A stretch of DNA of 64,000 nt from contig MU057560.1 in the NCBI GenBank assembly GCA_013265495.1, positions 1,314,753-1,378,752 on the forward strand. Reading direction: 5' to 3'. The first letter of the stretch is position 1. Each line of letters begins with the position of its first letter. This DNA comes from Vicugna vicugna. Lineage: Eukaryota. The notes under the pieces were generated by a model. The model had not been told where the DNA came from. It saw only the letters and a list, made by a program, of their open reading frames with translations, and did not search any database. The translations under genes were made by a program, and so were the position numbers. Positions 38,550 through 51,026 of this stretch are shown in pieces.

Positions 38550-40308
38550 TCTTTTTTTATTTTACTTTATTTAGTTGAAGTATAGTCAGTTTACAATGCT
38601 GTGTCAATTTCTGGTGTACAGCATAACATTTCAGTCATACACACACGTACATATATTTGTTTTCTTATTCTTTTTCATTATGGGTTACTACAAGGTACTG
38701 GATATAGTTCCCTGTACTGTACAGAATAAACTTGTTGCTTATGTTTTATGTATAGTAGCTAGTATCTGCAAATCCGGAACTCCCAATTTATCCCTTCCTA
38801 CCCTCTTTTCCCTCAGGTAGCCAAAAGTTTGTTTTCTATGTCTGTGAGTCTGTTTCTGTTTTGTAAATCAGTTCATTTGTGTCTTGTCTTTTTTTTTTAA
38901 TTCCACATATGAGTGACATCATATGGTATTTTTCTTTTTCTTTCTGGCTTACTTCACTTAGAATGATGATCTTCAGGGCCACCCATGCTGCTGCAAATGA
39001 CATTATTTTTATTCTTTTTATGACTGAGTAGTATTCCTTTGTAGAAATATACCATATCTTTATCCATTCATCTGTCAAAGGACATTTAGGTTGTTTCCAC
39101 GTCTTGGCTATTGTAAATAGTGCTGCTACTAACACTGAGGTACATGTATCTTTTTGAGTTAGAGTTTCTTCCAGACATATACCCAGGAGTGGGATTGCTG
39201 GATCATATGGTAACTTTATTTTTAGTTTTTGAGGAATCTCCATGCTGTTTTCCATAATAGTTGCACCAAATTACATTCTCACCAGCAGTGTAGGAGGGTT
39301 CCCTTTTCTCCACAGCTTCTCCAGCATTTATCATTTGAGGATTTCTTAATAATGGCCTTTCTGACTGGTGTGAGGTGATACCTCATTGTAGTTTTGATTT
39401 GCATTTCTCTGACATTTAGCAATATTAAGCATTTTTTCACGTGCCTGTTGGCCACTTGTATGTCTTCCTTGGAGAATTGCTTGTTTAGGTCTTCTGCCCA
39501 TTTTTGGATTGGGTTGTTTGTTTTTTTCTCATTAAGCTGTATGAGCTGTTTATATATTCTGGAAATTAAGCCCTTGTTAGTCACATCATTTGCAAATATT
39601 TTCTCCCAGTCCATAGGTTGTCTTTTTGTTCTGCTTATGGTTTCCTTTGCTGTGCAGAAGCTTGTGAGTTTACTTAAGTCCCATTTGTTTGTTTTTGCTG
39701 TTATTTCCATTGCCTGGGTCAGTTGCCCCAGGAGAAGGCAAGACTTATGTCAGAAAACGTATTGTCTGTGTTTTCTTCTATGAGGTTTATAGTGTCTTGT
39801 CTTATATTTAAGTCGTTAAGCCAATTTTTTTCTTATTTAGCTTTATTTATTTATGTATTTTTATTGTGGGGGAGGCAATTAGGTTTATTTATTTATTTTA
39901 AAGGAATTTTAAGCCATTTTGAGTTTATTTTTCTATATGGTGTGAGGGAGTGTTTTAACTTCATTGATTTACATGTGGCTGTCCGGTTCCCCCAACACCA
40001 ATTGCTGAAGAGACTCTTTTCTCCATTGTCTATTCTTGCCTCCTTTGTCAAAGTTTAATTGACAGTAAGTCTGTGGATTTGTTTCTGGGCTCTCTGTTCT
40101 GTTCCACTGATCCATGAGTCTGTTTTTGTGACAATAGCATGCTGTTTTGATTACTGTAGCTCTGTAGTATTGTCTGAAATCTGGGAGGGTCATTCCTCCA
40201 GCTTTGCTCTTTTTCTTCAGTACTGCTTTGGCAATTCTAGGTCTTTTGTGATTCCATATAAATTTTAGGATGATTTGTTCCAGTTCTGTGAAAAATGTCT
40301 TGGGTAGT
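38550..40308 (-). mobile_element. Young lineage-specific L1, 5'-truncated (~1.7 kb, ORF2 C-terminal remnants)
   Basis: Minus ORFs 39969-40193 ([16 protein letters not shown]), 39279-39710 ([14 protein letters not shown]) and 38836-39255 (LPYDPAIPLLGI) are frameshifted L1 ORF2 pieces. Confidence 0.95.
39824..39908 (-). mobile_element. Severely truncated SINE 3' tail (camelid-type) inside the young L1
   Basis: Flanked by the direct repeat ttaagcca (39816-39823 and 39909-39916); contains 'gggggaggcaattaggtttatttatttattt', which I recall as the tail of camelid tRNA-derived SINEs. Confidence 0.6.
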
Positions 40309-41364
40309 TTTTATATGATGACATTTTCTCTCTTACAGCATATTAACTATACTCCTTTCAAAGTCATGTGTTTTAACTGGAGTTGGAGATAGATGCCTGT
40401 ACGTATTTTCAGTGACTACTATCTCAGTGTATGCGTAATGCAGGTATCTTGTAAGGAGTATCCCTATTCCCTTTCTTCTGTTTCCTATAACATTGCTATT
40501 ATTTATTTCACTAATGCATATGCCATAAACACCAATACATTATTTCTATCATTACTTTGAATGGATATCTATTAGGTCAACTGAGTATAAGAAAAATAAA
40601 ATATTTTATTTTTCCTTCATTTATTTGCTTTGTGATGTGCCTTATATTATTTTTCTTCTGAGTAAAAATTCCTTTTAAGTTTTGTTATTTTTTTGACAGG
40701 GCTATTCTGTTGGTGATGAGATCCCTCAGCTTTTGTTTGTCTGAAAAAGTCTTTCTTTCTCCCTTTTGAAAGATAATTTTGATTGATATAGATTTTTTTT
40801 CTTTCAACACTTTCAGCATTTTACTTCTCTCTCTTCTTGTTTGAGTGTTTTCTGTCAAGAAGTTAGATAAAATTTCCCCCCAGCCTCTTTCAAGATTTTC
40901 TGTTTGTCATTGGATCTAAGATGATTTATTGTATGACATTAGTTTAAAAAAATATCAGCTATTATGTCAAACATTTATTAGCTCTATTTTTCCTTTCTTC
41001 TCTTTTTAATATTCCAGCTCCCATATGTTATCCCTTTTGCAAGTTCCACAATTCTTGGATATTTTGTTCTTTTTATTTTCAGTCCAATTTCTTTGCTTTT
41101 TAGTTTAGGAAATTGCTATTGACCTATCTTGAAGCTCACTGATCCTTTCTTTGCTCAGCCATGTCTAGTCTACCGATGAACCCAAAAAAGACATTATTAA
41201 AATTTCCATTACAGTATTTTTGATTCTTAGTTGTGCCTTTTGATTACTTCATAAAGCTCCTTTTTGCTTCACATCGCCCTTCTTTTCCTGCATGTGGCCT
41301 ACTTTTTCCATTCGAGGCCTTGATGTGTTTGTCATAGTAATTTTAAAGTTCCCTCTCTGATAAC

Positions 41365-41952
41365 CCAGAGCTAAAGTATGAAGTGAAAGCACAGTTCTCC
41401 AGCCAACTGAGCTCAGACTTCTGACCCCAACTGTAATTAGCGTCCAACTTCAACAACAGAGAGAAGAGTTCACACAAGACAACCCCCACTTCTGACACCT
41501 ACTGCAAGTTTACCCTCCACATAGACAACTTACTGGAAACACAGAACTCACTAAAAGCTGTTATACTCACAGATATGGTTAATTACAGGGTAGAGGTATG
41601 AATTAGAACCAGCCCAGAGTTGTGCAGAGTGCAGTCCAGGGGGCATTCTAACACAAAGCTTCCGTTGTCCCCAGAATGCATTCCCCTCCCAGCATCAGTG
41701 TATAGCCGCACGTCAGTGTGGAGTGTAGCCAGCCTGGTTTTCGTCCCACCCCCTGGGAGGCCATGCTGACACCCTGTGGACCGAGGGGCTTGGTATGGCT
41801 CACCTCAGGAGCATGAACAGCCAGATGTGGTTTGAGGGCCTCACCTTGTGTAACAAGGATACTTTTATCACTCAGAACTTCCAAGGACTTTGAGAGAGCT
41901 GAGGACAGAGACCAGATCTGTGACTGATCAAGGCCAGATTCTTCACTGTTCA
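41365..41952 (-). mobile_element. MER21-like LTR (MER21C-like)
   Basis: 'cacaagacaacccccacttctgacacc', 'cagaactcactaaaagctgttatactcac', 'taacaaggatacttttatcactcag'. Confidence 0.75.
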
Positions 41953-42778
41953 ATGATGCTCCCAAATCTGTCTTCTATCTGAGTCTGGTTCAGACACCTA
42001 CTTTCTATCTTAAGTCTTTTTTTTTCAGTTTTCTTGTTTTGTTTTTTTCCCCCCACTGTTGCTTAGTTTCCTAAGACCTCTTTCCTAATAGGGTCTATAT
42101 CTTGCAGCAGCTTCTGCTACTATCCGATACTATTTTATTAGAGTCTTTTGATATGATGTCAAGGTATGGGGCTGGGGGAACACATAAATTCTGTAATCGT
42201 ATGATTGCACATATGTCTGTTGGTGGGCATGGGTTCCTGTGCTGAGATCTTCAGAAATTTTCTTAACCTTTTTATCCTTCCCTTTGATGAGACAGGGAGG
42301 CTAGAGGACTCTAGATTGGATAACTGCCCTTGCACGTGCTTGGTGAGGATCTGGTCATGGTTTTGTGTTTGGGTTTTTTTGTTTTGTTTTGTTTTGTTTC
42401 CCTTGGAGAGTATAGCTTTGCTATTGCCAACGCCCTAAGAATATTTTAGAACATTCACTTTTCTCCTTCCCTCCCAGAAGCAAGAGGGCGTTTTCCTTAG
42501 GTCTTAACTGCAAGAACCTGGTGGAGTTTCTGGAAGTAAAACATATGAAAGTCTGAGTGTCCTCCTAAGACTGGGTTCCCAGTAGCTCTCACTCTTCAGC
42601 TAGTCCATAGTCAGCCTCCGGCAACTCTCCAAATGACCACTGAAGTATTTCTCCAGTTTATGGCTTGAGCCACTGCTTCTCCTGACAAAGCGGTCTCCGA
42701 TGAGATTCTGTACATTCATTTCTCTGCCCAGATTTCAAGGTGACTCTTTGCCCTGTGCCACCATTTCTCTGACGGGTC

Positions 42779-43262
42779 TGTCCCCTGGGAAAAGATGCAC
42801 AGTGTGGGAGTTCTGAGTTAAGTTTCATTTGGGACAAAATGAGGTCTATAGCCTGGCTGACAACATCTCAGAGAGTTCTAAGGAACTTCTCTGAAGAGAG
42901 AAAGGGGGAGGTCAGGCTATGTGTGAGTTTTCGTGAAGGGGGATGTGTGCAATCAAGCACATATTTTGGCAGAATTCTGCTGCTAGTCACAAGGAGTCTG
43001 AGGAGCAGATGTCTCCATTAATGATTTTAGTGCCTTTCCAGATATGAGAAGATGCAAAAAATTGGGCCCATAAAGTCTTCTCCAGAGAAAAAAAATCTAA
43101 TTATCCGACGGCCTCTTCTGCTAGTTTTTCCCAGAACACAGAGTGCCTCATTTCTGATCTCCACCTTGGATTCTGTTCAAGGAGTGTTGAAGATCAGGAC
43201 TGCAGTGGACAGTGACCTAGTCCATGTAGAGTCGGATGGCAAGTGACAATTTTTAGTTGGCA
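42779..43262 (-). mobile_element. ERV1-class solo LTR (probably MER41-like)
   Basis: TG...CA termini and a perfect 4-bp TSD ggtc (42775-42778 and 43263-43266); the body resembles recalled artiodactyl ERV1 LTRs. Family name uncertain. Confidence 0.85.
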
Positions 43263-43714
43263 GGTCCAAGAAACTCGATGGATTTTCAGTTTATTCAGCT
43301 TTTTTCTTTTTTCCTTCTTGTTGTAAGAACAGTGTGATGACTGCCAATCCCTTTATATGTTGGAGATAACTGTTTTGCTTCCTTTAAATACTTTTTAAAA
43401 ATAAGTAAAAGTGAGATAATTTTGTTATATGTTGCTGTAGCTTCTAACTGAACATACAAATACGAATTTTCACTTAACTATATATTTCCATACCTTTAAG
43501 CACTTTTTTCCCCTCAGGTATACTTTATCAAATGCTTAGCCTTTTCTATTGCTGTGAGTCACTCCAGTGTACTTGCTTCTGGTTTTCATTTTAAAATGTT
43601 TAATTGAAACATCTTAAACATACAGACGATTGTAGAAGATAAGGTATCAGTGAGATACTCAATAAGAAGGTTAAATAGGTATTAAATGTTGATATGTTTT
43701 CTTTCTTGAATCTT

Positions 43715-44250
43715 TAATTTTTTTCTTCCAGTTTTATTGAGATACATTGACACACATTACTGCATGAGTGTAAGGTGTACAGCATGATGGTTTGACTTAT
43801 ATACACCATAAATGATGACCACAGTAAGTTTAGTAGACATCCGTCATCTCGTTTAGATACAAAATTTTTAAAAGAAAGAATTGTTTTTCCTTGTGGGAAC
43901 TCTTAGGATTTATTCTCTTAGCAACGTTCATGTACAGCATACAGCAGTGTTAATTATATTAATCATGCTTTACACTACATCCCTAGTGCTTTAATTTACA
44001 ACTGGAAGTTTATACTTTATGACTGCCTTCATTCAATGCCCATAACCACAAATCTGATCTCTTTTTCTATGTTTGTTCATTTGTTTTTGAAGCACAATGG
44101 ACCCACACACTGTGTTAGTTCCTGGCACACAACATAGTGGTTTGATATTCCCACACATTACAAAATGATCACCAGGACAAGTCCAGTGACCATCTGCCAC
44201 CGGACCAAGATGCTGCATTACCACTGACTCCGCTGCACTGCACTCCACTG
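43715..44250 (-). mobile_element. L1 3' UTR (L1MA9-like)
   Basis: 'ccagttttattgagata...taaggtgtacagcatgatggtttgactta...actggaagtttatacttt...accacaaatctgatctc'. Confidence 0.85.
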
Positions 44251-44384
44251 TGTTTGGATGTTTTTAAGTACCAGAATTTAGTGACATGTGCTGTAGTTGT
44301 TCCATGCATTGATGGACTCCAATAGTCCTGGGTTAGAGCCCTAAGTCCAGCATTGTTGAGCTCTTTGTTTTTCAAATAAATAAC

Positions 44385-46370
44385 TAGGCCCCCTGCAAAT
44401 AAGAAGAGTTTTATTTCTCTCCTTTCAACCTAGATCCCTTTTCTTTTTCTTGCCTTATTGCGCTTGCTACATACAGTCCCCAGTGTAATGTTAAATAGAG
44501 ATTGATTTCATTGCTCGATCTATGAATGAGAAATCGACTGTGTATCCCTGGGACGAATCTCACTTGCTAATGATGCAGGGTCTTTTTATATATTGTTGGA
44601 CAGACGTAGTATTGAATTTTGTTAAAATTTGGCTGAAAATTACTGTGTCTATGTTCATGAGGACTAGCGATACCTCGTTTTGTTTGTTTTTTTTTTTTCC
44701 CTTGTTCCTTCTCTTCGCCTGTTTGGTATTCAAGTAAAGCTGAGCTCATAGAATGAATTAGGAAGTATCTTCACATCTTCCAGTTTGGGGAAATATTTGT
44801 GTAGGTTGGTATTATTTCTCCCTTGAGTGTTTGGTGAAATCAGCAATGATGGCATGTGAACATGCGGTTTTCTTCACAGGAGACTTTTCAAGTAAAGATG
44901 CAATTCGACTTCTTTATTAGGTATAGGCTATTCAGGTTTTCCATTTTTCTTGAGTGACTTTTCGCAGCTTATTTTTTTTTAAGAAATGTGCCTATTTTAT
45001 CCAAGTCACCACATTTATTGTTAAAAAGCTATTCACAGTATCTTATTTATCCTTTAACTGCCCATAAAATAGCATTGATGTTGCCTCTCTACTTCCTGAT
45101 GTTGGTAATTTGTATCTTATTTCTCTTTTTTCCTTGTCAGTCTTACTAGAGATTTTCAACAATACTGATCTCCATGAACCATCTTTCCTTTTCAGTGATT
45201 TCTCTATTTTTTTGTTTGCAGTCTTACTGATTTCTCCTGTGATCCTTGTTATTTCCCTATTCCACTTGTTTTTGGTTTGATTTGATTTTTTCTAGTTTCT
45301 TAAAGTCCAGTATAAGTTTATTGACTTGATTTGTTTCTTATATTCTAAAATAGTCATTTAGCATTATAAATATCCCTCTAATTACTGCTTTCTCAGCATG
45401 CCACAAGTGTCCATGTGCTTATGCTTTCATTTTCATTCAATTCTCAAACTTTATAACATTCTCTTTGATTTCTTTGTTGATGGGTGGAGTCATTTAGCAG
45501 TGTTAGTTTCCAAAATTGGGAGATAACGAGATACCATTCTGTTACTGAATTCTAAATCAAATGTACTCAGAGAATATACTTTTGTATGAATTGAATCCAT
45601 TTAAATTCAGTGATAATTTTTGCAGCTCAAGAAATAATCTACCTTAATAAACGTCTCACATACACATGGAAAGAATGTATGCTTTGCTATTGTTGAGTGA
45701 AATGTTCTATAAGCATCAGTTAGGTCAAATTATTTGATAGGGTTATTTGAGATGTCCATTTTTTAACCAGTTTTCTGACTAATTGTTATAGCCATAGTTA
45801 GAGATGGGTACTGAAAGGTCCTGCTATAAATTGGATTTATCTCTGTCTCCTTGCTGTTGCATGGGTTTTGCTTCATGTATGTTGAAACTCTGTTATTGGG
45901 TCCATTAATGTTTAAGAACATTGTTTTCTCTTGATGAACTGACACATTTGTCATTATGAAATGACCTCTATACCTCTGAAAAAAATTTTGATCTGAAATT
46001 GACTTTGACAAATATTAACATAGTCCCTCTTTTTGACTTTTTAAAAGTATTTTTTATGTGTTATATCTTTTTTATCCAATTTCATTTAGCCTATTAATAT
46101 ATTTATAATATAGTACATTTCTTCTAAAGGAACATGCAGTTGAATCTTGCTTACTTATCCAAATTGACAAGCTCTGACTTTGAGGTGTTTAGTCCAATTA
46201 TATTTATGTAATAGTTGATGTGGTTAGGTTTCCATTCTACGATATTTCTATTTTTTTCTTATTTCTATTCTTTGTTTCCTTTTTTCTATCTTTTTTTTTA
46301 CAATTTTCTTTTCTTTTGTTACCTTTTTGTCTATATTATTTTAAGTATTTTAGGGTGCCCATTAGAACCT
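44385..46370 (-). mobile_element. Old L1 (L1M-type) ORF2 remnant
   Basis: The minus ORF 45763-46011 (GHFIM...LNINGPNNRVSTYMKQ) is L1 endonuclease-like; the flanks are T-rich L1 antisense. Confidence 0.85.
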
Positions 46371-49300
46371 CTTATTGATTTTTTTTTTAACTCTAGAATT
46401 CAGGCATGAACCAGAGGTCACGAACTGGGGACAATCTAAATGGGTCACAGAGAACTACATTCAAATCCATGTGTATGTTTTGCCCAAGATCTGGTTCCTC
46501 AGAACAAACACGGACCTGTGGATGGGCTGCTCCCTGAAGGTCACAGGGTCACAGGAGCCTATGCAATGGTGGTCAGCTTGCTCTTCCCACGGTTTCAAGA
46601 TGTTCCCTGAAACTTAGCAATTACTGTTTAACAAACTTGACTCAAATCATATAGAGCTCCTGGCAGAACGCATCTTTAAGGTGCAATATTTTCTTCAAGT
46701 AGCCTCCGTAAAAATCACCTTACAGAATATATGTTCTGTATGTTCTGAATAAAACATCTAGAAATAGTGACAGTATTCAGCAATAACAGGCTCTCCTGAC
46801 CACCTGACACTCTATTTAAAGGTGAAATTACTCTTTATATAGAAAAGTGGATTACATTTCGCATGAGTTAAGATAAGTTAGAAACAAACTGGTTTCATCT
46901 CATGCAGGAGGGTAACAATTATAAAGTGGCCACGGGGATGTATAAAATAACACCAGAATTCCTAGAAAGGTCCTCCATTTCAATATTTGTGTAGACTTTG
47001 CTTTAATCTCTTTACAAATAAGGAACGCTGTCTGCCTTTGTAAAAAGCATCCACAACAAAACACTTTAAAATTCAGTTCTGTGAGATCTGGAACAGAAAA
47101 GAAATCCCCGTGGGACCCATGTGTATAAAACTTGACAAGTTAATATTTCTTCAGGAATGTGTTTTCAAAATTTTTTCATAAAGAAGCAATCTCTACATTC
47201 TAACAACTAATATCTGAGCTGATGACTGCGGAAGAGAAAACTGGGTAATTTTTTAAATAATTTGACCCTTAAAATCCCTCCTGTGGAAGGCTCAAATTAT
47301 CTGGATGGGCTGTCATGGAAACCGGTGATCAATTTAGATAACCATCTCCGCTGACAAAGGAGGTCTACAGAGCTGGGGCAACCCTCTGTGCGGCTTCAGC
47401 CAGCTGCAGCCCCTGCCCCACCGCACCCCTGCTGCACACGCCCCAGCCCAGTTCCCTCCTGCTTCCAGTTGATGTTTAAGGTAGGGGAGAGGTAGAAACT
47501 GGCATTCCCACAGGTTAACTGTTTTTGCTCGTCAACGGAAGCATGGCCTGAGAACTGATTTAAAGTATGAGGAATTGCTTACCAAAGCCCCACCGCAGGC
47601 CATTTAAACTGGACTTCACTTCTTAAAAGTAAAAGGTGAATATGTGACATCGCACAGGGCTCAGGGAGCTCGTTTCATTTCAGTTTTTTGCAATTAGAAA
47701 TCCAAGTTTCTACTCGGAGAAAAAATTAAAAGGCTGTCAAACAGAAATGCTGTGAACCAGGCCCAAAGAGACAGGAAAAGTAACTGTAATCAGAATAGAA
47801 TCGGGGTGACCGCTTTTTATGAGCACACTTCTCTGTGCTGTCATGCGTCTTTATTTCCGTGCCGGTGCCAGTCCCTGATGCAGCCCAAATAATTCATCTG
47901 TGTTCACTGTAAAGTCCTGTTGGAAGGCACCTGATGCTTTACTAGGGCGCTGTTAAGCCGCACTCGGGAGATTAAAATTCCATACTTTTGTTTGATCTAG
48001 TGATTCTCTATGGAACTAATTAAGGGAATCTTAGGGTTTTTCATGTTTTTCCAAAATTGTATGCATATCCTCAAGTGGACTTTACAAAACTGAATTGTGA
48101 GAACTTTATATTTCAGCTTTTAAATAAATAGTCTGATAAAATGTGTAAGAGATTTAAATGATAATATACACAAGTGAAATTTGAGGCTGGATGAAAATAT
48201 AGACAAAAGTGTTTAAATTTTCATGAGAAAGGAAGTCACGGGTGAAGATGATGTGGCGTCTGCTTTTGAAGGAATCCTTCATCCGCACTGTACAGCTGCA
48301 CGGGAAGACTAGAAACAGGGTGGACGTTTCTTGGCAGCTTTATTTTTTATCTATACTCTGCTAGGTAGGTTCAGTAAACTTTTTAAAAAATGTGATGAAT
48401 ATAAAATGTACATCTATTAATACACAACAAAGGTAATTTAATTAGGTCAATCCACATCATATAAATGGAGGATGTACATACTGAAGTCATGAGACATAGT
48501 ATGCATTTTAAGTTAGTATTAACTTTGAGATCATATTTCCTGGAGGCAAAAAAAAACAAAAAAATGCCCACGTGCACATTTATGCCATTCCTACTTTCTG
48601 AATGAAGGAAGGAAGTAGTTTCTTTAGAAAATGGAAATGTTTGCATGGAGCCAAAATCTTCAAGGTATTAATCATATACGGCTTTACATAGAGAGGTAAT
48701 AAAATATCACAGTCTGAGTAAAGATAATAAAGTAAATGTGAAAAAGTGACAATGAGTAAAAGCTAAGGACATTATTTGAATGTCTCTGTTAGTGACTATC
48801 TTTGTGAGGGTTGGAACTAACTAGACTTATTTAGTTTTCTTATTTCTAGTGACCGAAGAATAAACTGGAAGGCTATGTCAATCTGAATAAAAACTTTCTG
48901 GTTAATGCTTTTGACTTCGTAGCTACAGGAAACTCTTAGAGATTAATCACACAGTTGCTCTTCCTGTTAGATTAGCATTTGACCCAGGATAAACATACTT
49001 AGTATTCACCAAGCATAAAACAGACCCCAGAAGAGATGTTTGAGTTCTGGGTCCAGAAAAGAAAGGAAGGAGTAGATATGTTTCACTTAGTCTTTTCCAG
49101 TGAAAACACCTGTGAACTGGGAACAGCTCCTTGAAGCAGCTGTCTGAGGACTCGACAAAGTAAGCAGTAGCAGGTGACTTGAAGAGGACCGCCTGAATTT
49201 GAAGTTGCACTGAGCTGGCCGTGAGTTTAAAGTTTTCCTTCTCCTTTTGGATTTTCCAGCTGGGAATCAAAGCATCTAGAGATCCAGAGGTGGGCAGCAG

Positions 49301-50244
49301 CGGAGAGCGAGCGGTGGGAGCAGCCCTGCAGGTGTGAGCGGCTGGAAGGTGGCTCCCCGGCCAGGACAGCCGCGTTGGTGGTACGTGTAAGTGAAACTCA
49401 GAGGGAGGGAGCGAGGCCTCCTCTCCAACGGAGGAGGTGGGGTTCAAGAGAAGGGGGTAAACTTGTTGCTTCTTTTCTGTCACTGTGTTTCCATTGCTTG
49501 GCACCAAATGTGGGTACAGTTTCGAGAAGTGTGGCAAAGCAGGATGAGTAGAGTCCAAAGTTCACAGCTGAAGGAGCAGAGGGAGCCCCAAGAAATGGGA
49601 AGTCACCAGGGGATCACAGATGCGGAGGGGCTTGTGGCGGTGACCACACACCACCACACGTGGTCGTCGGGGCCCAGCTCTGAAGGACACATGCAGGACT
49701 CGCATCCTAGTTAGCAAACCAAACAGGGAGGAGCTACCGGGTAGACATCCTTCCAGGTCCCACGCTGAACCCTGGGAGACGCACCCCTGGAAAGATCTGA
49801 ACGGCACCAAAAAGGCTTTGAAAACTGAACATAACTTTGGAATCTGAAACTAAGCCTGTCAGTTGCCTGCTAAATCAGAAGCACCAGCACCACGCAAGCC
49901 TGCTAGTCTCATAACGGAGTATTTGAAACGCACAGGGGACAGTCTAAAGGTACTTATGACCAAAAGAACCACAAACGTCCCCATTAGTGAAAAAGACAAT
50001 CAACTGACAAATCCCAATGACGATGTAATGCAGATGTTGAAATGTTAGAGCAAGGACTTTAAATTATCTGTTACAAAAGTGCTGAAAGAGCTACTGTTGA
50101 AACAACATTAATTTAGAAAGTGTTACCTAAACAATTCTAAAGGAGATATCAGGAAAATCCTGGAAATAAAAAATGTGATAATAAAATAAAAACTGACTAG
50201 GTGGAATGGATAGACTAATGGATATGTAAAAGCAAAGAAAAACT

Positions 50245-51026
50245 CTGAAGTAGGGTTTCTGCTGGATATATGCCCAGGAGCGGGATTCCTGGGTCATATG
50301 GTAAGACACCTGCACCCCAGTGTTCATAGCAACACTATTTACAACAGCCAAGACATGGAGACAGCCTAAATGTCCATCAACAGATGACTGGATAAAGAAG
50401 ATGTGGTATGTTTATACAATGGAATACTATTCAGCCAGAAAAACTGACAACAAAACATCATTTAAAGCAACATGGATGTTCCTGGAGAATGTCATTCTAA
50501 GTGAAGTGAGCAGAAAGAGAAAGAAAAATACTATATCAGATCGCTCATATGCAAAATCTACAAAAAAAAAACAAAAAAACATAAGTACAAAACAGGAACA
50601 GACTCATAGACATACAATACAAACTTGTGGTTGCCAGAGGGATGGGGGGTGGGAAGGGACAGACTGAGATTTCAAAATGTAGAATAGATAAACAAGACTG
50701 TACTGTGTAGCACAGGGAAATAGCTACAGGATCTTGTGGTGGCTCACAGCGAAAAAGAATGTGACAATGAATGTATGTTCATGTATAACTGAAAAATTGT
50801 GCTCTACGCTGGAATTTGATACAACATTGTAAAATGATTATAACTCAATAAAAAATGTTAAAAAAGATATACAAAAATATATATATATAGTACAACACAG
50901 GGATTTTATAATAACTATAAATAGAATATAACCTTTAACATTGTGAATTACTATATTGTACACTTGTAACTTATATAATATTGTATAGCAACTATACTTC
51001 AATAAAAATATATAAAGAGTAAAAGA
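50245..51026 (+). mobile_element. Young L1 insertion with 5' inversion and a second L1 3' end
   Basis: 17-nt TSD with one mismatch: aaaagcaaagaaaaact (50228-50244) and aaaaggaaagaaaaact (51027-51043). 50245-50304 is inverted L1 sequence. Confidence 0.9.

Larger units (their letters stand above)
37175..43370 (-). mobile_element. Old L1 (L1M-type) ORF2/ORF1/5' remnant hosting four nested insertions
   Basis: L1-like antisense sequence resumes in register on both sides of the PHB2 retrocopy, the young L1, the MER21-like LTR and the ERV1 LTR (e.g. 'ctctgacgggtc|caagaaactcgatggattttcagttt'). Confidence 0.75.

Noticed and set aside
38836..40193. L1 ORF2-like ORFs as an active retrotransposon or host gene
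   Set aside because: The element is 5'-truncated, frameshifted and interrupted by an insertion.
48947..49558. 203-aa minus ORF
   Set aside because: Largely antisense to the 5' region of an old L1; no recognisable protein.
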